Shown here one piece after another: positions 44,422 to 57,700 of a stretch of DNA of 64,000 nt; the first letter of the stretch is position 1; each line of letters starts with the position of its first letter. The notes beneath the pieces are model-generated. The model saw nothing but the letters and a program-made list of their open reading frames with translations, ran no database searches and was not told the DNA's origin. The DNA is taken from the NCBI GenBank assembly GCA_030141605.1, contig JAQGDQ010002368.1, positions 372,001 through 436,000 of the forward strand. Direction: 5' to 3'. The translations under genes were made by a program, and so were the position numbers. Origin of the DNA: Tubiluchus corallicola. Its lineage: Eukaryota > Animalia > Priapulida.

Positions 44422-45287
44422 TGTAATGGTGCAATCGGTACAGCATCACGGGGGATTTAAAATGAAAATAAACAAAAATTCCTTTCAACACGAGTACGAT
44501 ATACGCATAAAATTAATGTAAAGTAATATAATTTTTAAGACGATTTTTCTGAAGCCTAATTCAATCACCCCTTTTCTTGTCCATTAAGACAATAACTATT
44601 GCCAATAAGCATTGACCAGCAAATAGTTGGAAAGACAAACATTAATCGTTTTACTAAAATTGCAAAGTATTTATAATCTGAGCACAATTGAAATTTGAGG
44701 CATATGACTTGCCACTGTGTCAACGAAATTCTAAGAAAATTTTAAAGTGAGATAAACTATTCAATCTCCGAGAAAAACCTTAGGCTGTAAGCTAGATGAT
44801 GACGTAAAAGTTTCACGCTGGCACGTACGGATACCCATAAAATTATTTTGTGATAAGCAAAGCTCTTTTCACCATTATCACAGTTATATTCACTTCAATG
44901 GAATAGAATGTTCACCCTGTAAAATTATCTGCAAGTCAGAGTTTCAGTGTGACAAAAAAGCTACTACAAAAAGGGTCCTAATAGTTACATGATTAAATTT
45001 TAATCTAATAAATTTAGGGGTGAGTGAGTGAATGAGTGAGTGAGTGAGTGAGCGAGCGAGCAAATGAGTGTGATATAAACTTTACCCAAAGTTTGCCGTT
45101 GCAGAATGCACTAAAACCTGACCTATCAGATGTTGACCCTCAACACTCAACCTACTTGACCCTCAATACTCAACCTACTAGAGACTGTGATGGCGGGGAA
45201 TCTGCCTTGTAACAAACCTGATCAGTTTTCGTGCTACCTTGTAATACATTTGATAGAAAGTATTAAAATTATCAAGTGGATAAAGGA

Positions 45288-45925
45288 TTACCGGCACAAG
45301 GATTCTGATCGACGACCAACTTGTAGTTTCTGCATTTCCATCAGCTCTTTCCTGACCAGTTCTTTTTGGGCCTGTGGGATACGATATGGTCTCTGTCTGA
45401 CTGGTGTAGGATCTGAGAGGATTATCTCGTGCTCAACTACTGATGTCCTTCCGGGAAGGTCAGTAAAAGTTTCAGAGAAATCTCGGAGGACTTTCATCAG
45501 CTCTTCCTTCTGCTCTTCAGTAAGTTCAGCAGGTAAAGTTATATCAGCTACACTTTGGGTGGCACTTGCTGTAGGTGGGAAAGCATAATCTGGCAATTTA
45601 CACAAACGTTCACTGTCTGGCTCCTGATTATTTGAATCGTCCTCAACCCAATCATTATCAATATTGCTGGCAGGTGGCACAAGTCTGCTCTCCTCACATC
45701 TGGCAAATAAAGCTGTTCCCATCACGATCCACAAAGGGCTTGAGCAGATTAATGTGATACGTTTTAACATTTGCCCGTTTTCCTTTACCACCAATGTTGA
45801 TTTTATATGTGAGGTCTGACACCTTGTCAGTTACTACGTATGGGCCGCGATAGTGTCTCTGCATTTTTCCTTTCCCTTCAGGCATAAGAATTAGTACTTT
45901 CTGGCCAATCTCCAGTACTCGATCA
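45288..45925 (-). mobile_element. Gypsy LTR-retrotransposon pol fragment with Gmr1-like order (integrase C-terminus, then start of RT)
   Basis: GQKVLILMP..YRGPYVVTDKVSDLTYKI..YHINLLKPF (integrase GPY module) lies 5' of LTEEQKEEL..FTDLPGRTSVVEHEI..PVRQRPYRIP (pre-RT region); frameshifted. Confidence 0.8.
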
Positions 45926-45990
45926 GTTTGGCTTGGCTCAGAGATTCATGGGCATCTTCCGTTGCATCCTGGAGTGCATTAATAATTCTT

Positions 45991-46725
45991 ACTAGCACAG
46001 GCCCCGCAAAAGATGTTGTGTATAATCAATAATACGCGAACATTCTACCTAGTCCTCATTTATAACACAAAGCCCATAACATCCTGCCTACTGTATGTCT
46101 GTTTATCTAACGCAAAGCAGCTTTTTGCTGAATTAAAGCTGTAAGCAGAGTACAATGGATGACGTCACTACAATGGCATGCGTCAGCAGTTTTCTAAGCG
46201 AAAATTGTCGAAAATAGAACATCTAATTAACTTGCCAGTACTCCTCTCGGTGGACCTGACCTAAAATATAACCCACATCATCGTGTAGCCCTGTCCTTCC
46301 TCTTTGTAAAGAGCTGTATATCTCCTTCCGAGAGTCCCACCAGGCGACGCTAGAACGTTTTTTCCGTATGCTGTTTGGTCAAAATTTCGGAAAAATCGAG
46401 TTGGGTCCGGGAAAACGCCCGTTGCGGGGCGCGGTGGTCCTCTCGGGAATTCTAAATATGCCTACTACACCCACCGCTGAACGGGCTATCTATCCATACC
46501 CAGCACCACCCTCGGCCCATTCCAGTTCTTCAGAAATAAGAGGTATAAGTTTTGCAAAAAACGACCGAAAAATGGTCATTTTTGGAGGTTTTCCGCCCCC
46601 CCCTCCCGGTGAGCCCGATTCGAAAAAAAATAAACCATCAATGGCACAACACTAGATCGAGACCTTTCGTTTGATATATAGATCGCCGCAAATGGTGCCG
46701 TCGTCGAAGCTGTAGCCTCGAATCT

Positions 46726-46757
<32 letters not shown>

Positions 46758-47583
46758 TATTAAGCCCATACCAAGAATATTAATATAAGAGACTAGCAAA
46801 GGCCCCGCAAAAGATTTTGCGTAAAAAACCACGTATAATCAATAACACGCGAACATCCTACACAGTCCTCATGTATAACGCAAAGCCCGTAACATCCTGC
46901 CTACTTACCTAACGCAAAGCCAGCAGCGTTTACTCCTGCCTACTGTATGCTGCAAAGCAGCTTTTTGCTGAATTAAAGTTATAGACAGAGTACAATGGAT
47001 GACGTCAGAACAATGGAATGCGGTCAGCAGTTTTCTAAGCGAAAATTGTCGAAATTTGCGGAAAATAGAACATGTAATTAACTCATTGATACTCCTCTCG
47101 GTGGACCTGCCCTAAAATATAACCTACATCATCGTGTAGCCCTGTCCTTCCTCTTTGTAAAGAGCTATATATCTCCTTCCGAGAGTCCCACCGGGCGACG
47201 CTAGAACGTTTTTCCCGCATGCTGTTTGGTCAAAATTTCGAAAAAATCGCGAGTTGGGTCCGGGAAAACGCCCGTTGCGGGGCGCGGTGGTCCTCTCGGG
47301 AATTCTAAATATGCCTACTACACCCACCGCTGAACGGGCTATCTATCCATACCCAGCACCACCCTCGGCCCATTCCAGTTCTTCAGAAATAAGAGGTATA
47401 AGTTTTGCAAAAAACGGCCGAAAAATGGCCATTTTTGGAGGTTTTTCGCCCCCCCCCCTTCCTCCCGGTGGGCCCGATTCGAAAAAAATAAACCATCAAT
47501 GGCACAACACTAGATCGAGACCTTTCGTTTGATGTATAGATCGCCGCAAATGGTGCCGTCGTCGAAGCTGTAGCCTCGAATCT

Positions 47584-47615
<32 letters not shown>

Positions 47616-49897
47616 TATTAAGCCCATACCAAGAATATTAATATAAGAGACTAGCAAAGGCCCCGCAAAAGATTTTGCGTAAAAAACCACGTATAATCAA
47701 TAACACGCGAACATCCTACACAGTCCTCATGTATAACGCAAAGCCCGTAACATCCTGCCTACTTACCTAACGCAAAGCCAGCAGCGTTTACTCCTGCCTA
47801 CTGTATGTTGCAAAGCAGCTTTTTGCTGAATTAAAGTTATAGACACAGTGGATGACGTCAGCACAATGGAATGCGTCTGCCTTTGCGTCAGCAATTTTCT
47901 AAGCGAAAATCGCCGAAAATGGAACCTCTAACTAACTCGTTGATACTCCTCTCGGTGGACCTGCCCTAAAATATAACCTACATCATCGTGTAGCCCTGTC
48001 CTTCCTCTTTGTAAAGAGCTATATATCTCCTTCCGAGAGTCCCACCGGGCGACGCTAGAACGTTTTTCCCGCAGGCTGTTTGGTCAAAATTTCGAAAAAA
48101 TCGCGAGTTGGGTCCGGGAAAACGCCCGTTGCGGGGCGCCGTGGCCCTCTCGGGAATTCTAAATATGCCTACTACACCCACCGCTGAACGGGCTATCTAT
48201 CCATACCCAGCACCACCCTCGATCCGTTCCCGTTCTTCAGAAATAAGAGGTATAAGTTTTGCAAAAAACGGCCGAAAAATGGCCATTTTTGGAGGTTTTT
48301 CGCCCCCCCTTCCTCGCGGTGGGCCCGATTCGAAAAATAAACCATCAATGGCACAACACTAGATCGAGACCTTTCGTTTGATGTATAGATCGCCGCAAAT
48401 GGTGCCGTCGTCAAAGCTGTAGCCTCGAATCTTATATATATATATATATATATAAATAAATATATTAAGCCTATACCAAGAATATTAATATAAGAGACTA
48501 GCAAAGGCCCCGCAAAAAATTTTGCGTATAAATTTACACGTATAATCAAAAATACACAAACATCCTACCTACTGTTTGTCTGTTTATCTAATGCAAAGCC
48601 GCTTTTACTGAATTAAAGTTATAAGATTATAGACAGAGTACAATGGATGACGTCACAACAATGGCATTGCGTCAGCAGTTTTCTAAGCGAAAATTGCCGA
48701 AAATAGAACATCTAATTAACTCGTCGGTACTCCTCTCAGTGGACCTGCCCCAAAATATAGCCCACATCATCGTGTAGCCCCGTTCTTCCTCTTTCTGATG
48801 AGCCATATATTTCCTTCCGAGAGTCCCACCAGGCGTCGCTAGAACGTTTTTTCCGCAGGCTGTTTGGTCAAAATTTCGAAAAAAATTTGCAAAAAACGGC
48901 CAAAAATGGCCATTTTTGGGCTTTTTTCGCCCCCCCTTCCTTCCGGTGGGCCCAATTCGAAAAATAAACCATCAATGGCATGACACTAGATCGGGACCTT
49001 TCGTTTGATGTATAGATCGCCGCAAATGGTGCCCTTGTCGAAGCTGTAGCCTGGAATCTTATATCTAAATATGTATATTAAGATACCAAGAATATTAATA
49101 TACTAGCAAAGGCCCCGCAAAAGATTTTGCGTATAAATACACATGTGATCAATAATACACGAACATCCTACACAGTCCTCATTTATAACACAAAGCCCGT
49201 AACATCCTGCCTACTTACCTAACGCAAAGCCAGCAGGTAGCTTTTACTGAATTAAAGTTATAGACAGAGTACAGCAGGCAGCTACTGTATGTCTGTTTAT
49301 CTAACCCAAAGCAGCTTTTTGCTGAATTAAAGCTATAAGCAATAATGGATGACGTCAGAACAATGGAATGCGGTCAGCAGTTTTCTAAGCGAAAATTGTC
49401 GAAATTTGCGGAAAATAGAACATGTAATTAACTCGTTGATACTCCTCTCGGTGGACCTGCCCTAAAATATAACCTACATCATCGTGTAGCCCTGTCCTTC
49501 CTCTTTGTAAAGAGCTATATATCTCCTTCCGAGAGTCCCACCGGGCGACGCTAGAACGTTTTTCCCGCATGCTGTTTGGTTAAAATTTCGAAAAAATCGC
49601 GAGTTGGGTCCGGGAAAACGCCCGTTGCGGGGCGCCCTGGCCCTCTCGCGAATTCTAAATATGCCTACTACACCCAACGCTGAACGGGCTATCTATCCAT
49701 AGCCAGCACCATCCTCGGCTCGTTTCCGTTCTCCAGATCTCAGACGTATACGTTTTGCAAAAACGGTCGAAAATAGTCATTTTTGGAGGTTTTTCGCCCC
49801 CCGTTCCTCGCGGTGGGCCGGATTCGAAAAATAAACCCCCAATGGCACGACACTAGATCGACACTATATATATAACATACCAAGAATATCAATATAT
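45991..49897 (+). mobile_element. Head-to-tail array of five copies of a ~0.6-0.86 kb non-autonomous Helitron/Helentron-like element
   Basis: Units start actagca(a/c)aggccccgcaaaa at 45991, 46792, 47650, 48497 and 49102. Most have a 5' hairpin cgcaaaagattttgcg and a 3' (TA)n plus ataccaagaatat tail; no TSD between units. Confidence 0.8.
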
Positions 49898-51476
49898 GCG
49901 ATAACAACCTTACGACAGTTTTATGAATTCGAATTAACAGCGAAGTTGTGACAACTTGTGCCCAAAGACAGCTACTTAAGGATTACGACACTGTCTTAGA
50001 GGTGTTGTAAGACAATGCATTAAGTGTATAAATTTACGATGCGTACATGAATCTGGCCCCTGGAACGGATCTTCAACCACTTAGAAGGCACTTAGGCAAG
50101 ACTTATCTTTCTGAACAGCTCTACATTATGGAATACGTCACAGAGAATGCACAGTTTAGACAATAACACATTCTGTACCGTATCTGTCCATTTTCCATAT
50201 TTGCAATCATAATTTTTTACCATTTATTGGACTACGTAGTCTTCTAAATGCTCATGAAAGACAAAACAGAAACAGACAACGTTGCTACTATTTACCACGA
50301 TCACATTGTAATATATGTATTTTAAGTCCTGTTCACCTTCCAGAAACAAATATGAAATAGTAGTTAAACCAACAGAATTTCTGAAATCTGTTAAAATTTT
50401 TATTCCAATTTTTTTTCCAAAAATGATTTATATTTGTGATCTATGAGACTAATAAACAATCTTCTGAATTATGCTATTCATGTAAAATTCTCAAGTCTGT
50501 AAATACTATGCAGATTTATAAATTATTAGCTAAATGCATTATAAGATTTTTCCATTATCTAACATGATAACTGACGACAATGCAACATAGTTTGATTAGA
50601 ATTGACAAAAAAGTAAAATCATCAATGCATAATAGATGGTCCAGAAAAAGGACTTACATAGATTAACTGATTTTTATATAATACAACTCACTTTTAAAAT
50701 CAAACAGATTTTTAAATTAAATTAAAATTTAACAGTTAACATACGTTACTTTTGCATAAAAACATGAAAATAGAAGATAATATTGCTTCAGATGTTTACA
50801 AATAAAATTTGCCAAACGTAACAATTAAAACTACAAAGTTCTCAATAGAGGGACATAATTGCCCCTGTTAATCATAATTCTAGCAAATAATCACTTTTAA
50901 ACTTCTAACTCATCAAAACAGGTTCTGGTAGAGCTTTTTTTAGTGATAATTACTTGTGATCTTGTTACATTTCAGTTGAAAGACACAATCAAACGTCAAA
51001 AGCACTACCATCAGTTCAAAGTCCATTACAAAAATGTTGCCCATCTTGCACCATTTTCATGTTACAATGCATTTACAGGTAGTGATTATGAGTATAGCAC
51101 TATTTAACATAAATTCAAGGTAGAAATGACATAAAAAACTCAATATGAAGAGTGGATACATAGACAGTAATTTTTCGTATGCATAATGAGCAGAATTTTG
51201 AGCAGATTTGCTAATTTGACATTTTTGCTTTGCAGTAATTCATATTATGTAATAGTCAATTTTTCTGTACAGCTAGCAGATATCAAAAAAGAACAAATCT
51301 TTCTAACTCTAAAAACAATGAAGCTTTTTACATGTATGAGATGACACGTTCATATCCTGACGTTGAGGTTTTACTATCAATAATGGCTCCTATATATTTA
51401 CTGAGTTTTCTGATGTACAGTCACCACAAATCAGAAGCCTTTTTGCACTGAAGCAGCCCGATAATTTGTTACCTGA

Positions 51477-51568
51477 TCATTTACACACAGGTAAATCAAA
51501 GACTATCTTACTAGTAGAAGACTTATCCATATAATTAGACCATGTGCCATTCATTAGATCAAAAATAC
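51477..51568 (-). CDS. Duplicated alternative terminal exon (9b) of C45 paralog 2
   Basis: Part of a ~270-280 bp tandem duplication (51390-51940). Keeps the ttcttgcag acceptor and open frame GIFDLMNGTWSNYMDKSSTSKIVFDLPVCK*. Confidence 0.5.
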
Positions 51569-51745
51569 CTGCAAGAACAAACACATTCTAGAGCAGGATT
51601 CACCAAAAGAACAAACACATATATGTACAGTTTTTTACGACAGCCTTCACCAAGTGATCTATATATTTACTGAATTTGCTGATGTACAGTCACCACAAAT
51701 CAGAAGCCTTTTTGAGCTGAAGCAACCCAATAATTTGTTACCTGA

Positions 51746-54700
51746 TCATTTACCCATGGGTAAATCAAAGACTACCACTGGTCCTTTACTGGAAGATGCC
51801 TTATCCATATAAATAGACCATTTACCATTCATTAGATCAAAAATACCTGCAAGAACAAACACATTCTACAGCAGGATTCACTAAATGAACAAACACATAT
51901 ATGTACAGTTTTTAACGACAGCCGTCAGCAAGTGATCTATACGGACAGTTCCCAAAAAATGCCTCTGGCCATCCATGTGCCTGTAAACAGAACACAGATA
52001 GTCACCCATTTTTTTCGTGTGACACTACTATTACAAGAGAAAAATGGATTACCAGTATTATAACTGTTTGCACTTAAACTAGAAAAGAGTTTGATCTAAA
52101 CCAACAATGAAGACACTACACTGTACTTTATGTTTCCACTGTAAAAATCAGGCTGCAGAACTACGTTTCTCTGTTTTTAATACAGCACTCTGAAAGCCAA
52201 AATCTAGTGTTAAATCCAAACACATTATCATTTCTCTAGGTTAGACACACAAGTGCCATAGTTTCAATGAGATAAATAGCCATGCGTAATATAGCAAATA
52301 AAGTACTAGAGAATACAACTAAGACTTTGAACATGATCAGTCAGATGACATTAAAAAAAGGCAATAATCTACAACCCATCTTCTGAACAAGGAGTTTTTT
52401 AATTCTGTTCCTTTGTTGTTTAAACAATTTACATTATACATATCTTTAAGATTCATGAGCCCTTATGTAAACCATACTGAGAAAACTTGGTACATGCACA
52501 CAGTATGCAGGTATAGCAGATTAGGGAAAATGTCATTCGACTGCAGCAATGAAGTAATTGCTATTTTATATGATACCATACAAACTATATCATGGTGCTG
52601 AGTATGCTTCCTTATTTAATGCTGAGCTAGTACACTAAATTCGACTGTCGGATTGCATGCAATCATTCTACAGATTACCTGCTTTTTATGACATATTATC
52701 ATCATAATTATTTATATAAGGAAACTGTTTCTGGCATGTTAGCAAATCTAAAGTAATAGTAAGTGACAGAAGGTTGTGAAATGTCTCCATCGTATTGTCA
52801 ACTTGACACTTAACTTCAGAAAAACACTTTGCACGTGCACATTAAGATTCAACAAACGGTTTGAAAATCCCCGGAACAGCAAAAAGATACACAATTAAGA
52901 AACAAACCAGTGCAGAGCGTCACAGACTTCATCGGATGGTGACGTTGATGGCGAAAAATTGGGTAGTCCAGATGCGAGGTATCACTAAGCATAGCTTTAA
53001 TGTCATCAACAGATGTCACCCCAGGAAGCTCTTCGATTTTTGCAGCTCTCATTTTAGATGACTGCTGCTTACCCTTTTCTACAAGTCGTATTCGTCTATA
53101 CCTTTAAAACAACTTCCATTTTAGATTTCAAAGAATTATTAAGAAGTACGAAAAATTAATAAGTTAAAAGATAAAACAGCAAACTGTAACGTGCTGTTGA
53201 TTGACATATAGCATTGCAGAGGGATGTTAGTACAGAATGTCAGCAACATAGATATATGCACCAAAGTTACACTACTTAATTACACACTGTAATGTGCGGA
53301 CAGCACATTTAGGCATGGCCATTTGGGCATTGGAAAAATTAGGTGCCAGACACTTGGGCACTGACTTGTTTAGACATTTTTGTACCATTGCAGGTACACT
53401 TAATTGTGCGGTTAGATCCAATAAAACTCGACCATGCAAGGATACCGTAACATCATTTCTGTGTTGCACTACAAATCACATTGCCTAGCAGCCTAGACTT
53501 GTGTGGGAATCCTTGTCCTTTGCCTAACTGGTGATTGCCGATTGAACCCATTAACTGATGGGTATAGTATTACTGCTGTCATCAGCTTACTATGCACTGC
53601 AAAGGCTTTTAACTAATTTTAGAAAAGAAGTTATGCCTAAATTACTTTGTGCAGTTAAAAATTAGAAAAAAATATTTTAAAATATTAATTTATATAAGTG
53701 AATTAACAATAAATTAAAAAGTATAGTTTTCTAAATCGTACTGCTCTAAAATTTTCAAATTCTCCTTAACTGTTAGATCTTTATGTTTATGCTCCATTTT
53801 TCAAATTTTTAACTCTATTCCTTTGTTTGCTGCATGCTTACTCTTGTAAGTCACAAGGAATACTGGCTGATTACTGTACCTGCATCTATGATTATCAAAA
53901 GGAAACTGCTAGGCAAGTGATTAAATGTTTAGCTTCCAGAAATTCTTTGGGTAATGAGGTTAAGTGCAGTGGATGAGCAGGTAACAGATTCAAAGCCAAA
54001 TCTCTACGCCAGCGTATTAGCGCATAATAAACATACCTGTTTACAAACAAAACGGTACTTAACAGGATTTGTTTACACATATATAATAGACAAAAGGGAA
54101 GTCAAGATGACATAAAAGTAGGAAAGGCTGTTTGGGCACAAACAAATATCTTATTTTAAGTAAGTGAAGGAAAAATAATTGAGTTAATTAAGCGAAGTTA
54201 TTTGAGTCAATTACCAATAGTTCTTATGTATGTTTGAACAGAAGTGGCCCATTCCAGGCGTTTTTGAGCCAATTAAGTGATTGAGTCTATTAACCATGAG
54301 TCTATTAAGTGGTGACTACTATATATATGTATAAGATTCGCGGCAGCTACAGCTCCAACAATGGCACCATTTGTGATGATCTATATATCAAACGAAGGTC
54401 TCAATCTAGAATCATCTCAGTGGGGTTTATTTTTCGAATCATGCCCACCGTGACAAACAGGGAACAAAAAACTTCGAAAATGGTCCTTTTATGCCTGTTT
54501 TTTGCTAAACTTATACCTCTCATTTCTGGAGAACGAGAATGGACCGGGACTGGTGCAGGTAATAGTTTATAGCCAGTTCAATGGTGGGTGTAGTAGGTGT
54601 ATTTAGAATTCGCGGGAAGGCCATGGCGCCAAGCGATGGGCATTTTCCCGGACCCAACCATGCAAATTTTGCAGAAAGCTGCTTAAACAGCCTCTGGAAA

Positions 54701-57700
54701 AATTCAATTGGTGCAACTGTCTGAGTATGTTGAAAAAAATAAGTACACTTGCAGAAAGAGGACGAAACAGTCTACAAAATGTTGAAGGTTTCACCAGGAG
54801 AAATGTCCAATAGATGAAATGGGAAGTGTGTATTTATTTCAAGGTCCTTTTTAACCCCCCCCCTTACTGCATGCTATTTGGAACACCCATTGTCTTTGAG
54901 TCAGAAATTTCGAGGCTGTTCTGGGCAGTGTTCTCACCCGCCATTCTACTGTGTCATATTATAAGTAAGTTCTGTTAGCCTAATATTGCATGAGATGCAG
55001 TTAGCAAAACTATGTGAAATGACTGCATATTATTGATCATTTGCTATAGGCACACAGTTTCAACTTTATACAAAATGTTTTGCATGGTTTCACCATGATG
55101 CTCTGCTGTTGGTGTTGGTGTTGTAGCTGTCGTCATCGTTGGTGTCATCATAGTCGTCATCAACATCATGAACACCATGTGATGTGGTGGATTTGGTGGT
55201 GTGTGTGATGAGTGTGCCGCGGATGGTGTGGCGGGGTGGTAGGATGTGTGTGGTGTTGATAGAGTGGTGTAGTGGGTGTAGTGTAGTCTTGTCTGAGTGA
55301 CATGGTGTGGTGTAGTATTGAAGTGGGTGGTGTGTTGTGACTGGTATGGTGGGTTGGTGTGGTGTGGATGGAATGATTTGGGTGGCACGGTGTAGAGCGG
55401 TGTGGTGTGGGTAGTGTTGGTGTAGTGTGTTGTGAGTGGTATGGTGGGTGGTGTGGTGCAGGTGGTGTGCTATGAGTGGTGTGGCGTATTGGTGTGGTGT
55501 GAGTTGTTGTGTGCAAAATTCTTTTTGCGGGGTTTGGGTAGTCATGTAATTAAAACTGGAAATATCTACAACATGATGCAGTTAGCATAAAAACACAGCA
55601 GCTGAGGACATGTATAATCATACATGTTGCAAAAGATATAGCAAAAGCACTTACAATAATCATTGATCTTGATATCGATAACAATGCGTCATTTAATTGG
55701 CTCACAAACTGATCTAACTGGTTGTTTTTAAGTTGGCAGCTAGTATAAGCAACTAATGAACTAACAGCATATTATTAAAGCACAGCACTCAATGAATGAA
55801 GATGTTCTGTTGTTATAATACCATTAAATTACTGCACCAGCTGAGTGATATTAAATTCTTGTAAAAGAATTTTTATGTGAAGCACATTTTAGTTTTTTAT
55901 TGTTTTGCGATGCACTTGATATTTGTAATATAAAATGTTGTCACACACTAATAAAATGCCATGTAAACTTGCGGTGTCTTCTACTTCGTTCATTTTAAAA
56001 GCTACTACACATAATGCTGAATTACAGTGCACAGTTAAGTAAGTGATTTAAATTGTTACATCCCATATTATTGCAAATGTTTAATTAAGTGAAGCAATGA
56101 TTTTAAAAGTATTGTAAAAGTTAATAAAATAGTGAACTAATGAAAACCTAATTGACAGAAATAAACAATTGAGCATAATATTAAATTTTATTGTTGCCTA
56201 GATGTTATATGCCGAAAAACTAACACCTCCCCCCCCCCCCAAATACCACATACTCTATTATACGCATCTTGCAGCAATATGGGGAATCACTAATACTGTT
56301 TTATGGGCTCCAAATTCAGAAACTTCATGGCACAGAAAAAGATGGAATTATGTGCATGAGCCTAAATTTAGAAGACTGATTAAGTTCATTACGTATTGCA
56401 GTGGTATCTAGTCGCACTGTGTGGTTGTTCTTCTATCACTTGAATATCAATCCTTGAATTCTTGTCACCTTCAGGGGGATAAGCAACTTCATAATTGATG
56501 ATTTTCTTATTTGCACAATCTGCCAAATTCACGCTGCAAATAAGTACCACAAAAAGAGTTGTTACATGGTTTAACAATGCTTGTCTAAATAAGAAAAGTT
56601 TTCAACCCAAAAAGGCATATCACCATTTGCAAACTCAATACAGTGAATAATAATGTGAATTTAGTACAAGTAGTAGTAGCAGCAGCAGCAGGAGCAGTAG
56701 CAGTAGTTATTAATTGTAACAATGAATCATTATAAGCAGAATGATTTTACAGTCCAGTACAATAAGATAAACAAATACAATTGACCAAGCAAACACTACT
56801 ACATAAACGGAGAAGAGAAACTAAACTTGTGTGTATATTAGTTTTCCAACAACATAAAGCAACATCTAATAGTCATTGTTACAAGCTTTAGACTACAAAT
56901 AAATAAATTTGTCAAATCTCATTCAGGATAATCCTGGCACACATTCTCTGTATCAATACATTCACAAATGAAATTATATTATATTTGCACTAAACACTCC
57001 AGCAAATATTATACACATGCTACATGCACACTATGTAAACTATGTTAAGTAATGTTACAATCTCACATAAAAATCTCAAAGCTGTAGCATCCTGCATGAT
57101 TAATCAGGAAAATAGGAACAGTTGTTAAATCAATGACAAAACTGAACTCATTTGTTACATTGGTGAAATAATTACTTGCAAAGCAAGGAAAACAATTTAA
57201 AGGTTTACTAAGCTACAGGCCTACTTTTTATACTCCTTATATTGACGTTTCTATCTTGTTCAGTAAAGTAGTGTAGTATGCAGATCCTGTATGCTGTTAG
57301 TAGTAGCATTAGAGTTTGCATGGAATGAAATACACAGACAAAATGCAAATGTACGAAACTTTAGTACAGCTGGAGTAATTTACCTCACAGTTCACGCTAT
57401 TAAAAAACTGAACAAAAGGTTTGAATATATTCAGTTTGAAACTGAATAAAAGGTTTTCCAACTTTAATAAAAGTTTATTTATCTAGCTTTTGTGTTTTTA
57501 CTGTTAAGCAATAAAGTAAAGTAAAAAAGTACTAACTTGCAATAGTTTTACAAGGAATGACAAAAAGACACCCAAAAGTATTGGCTAGGAAAGTCCATGG
57601 AAACACAATAATTTTTTTTCATTTTCTTGGCATGTATTTGTCTATTTACATATACTGAATAATGACATTGTAAAACATGTATTAATTATCAATCATGTTA

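Noticed and set aside
46368-49677. Repeated 60-118 aa ORFs that look like a gene family
   Set aside because: Incidental frames in the tandem element, broken by unit-specific indels
55044-55545. His/Thr-rich ORFs
   Set aside because: GGTGT low-complexity tract within a C45 intron
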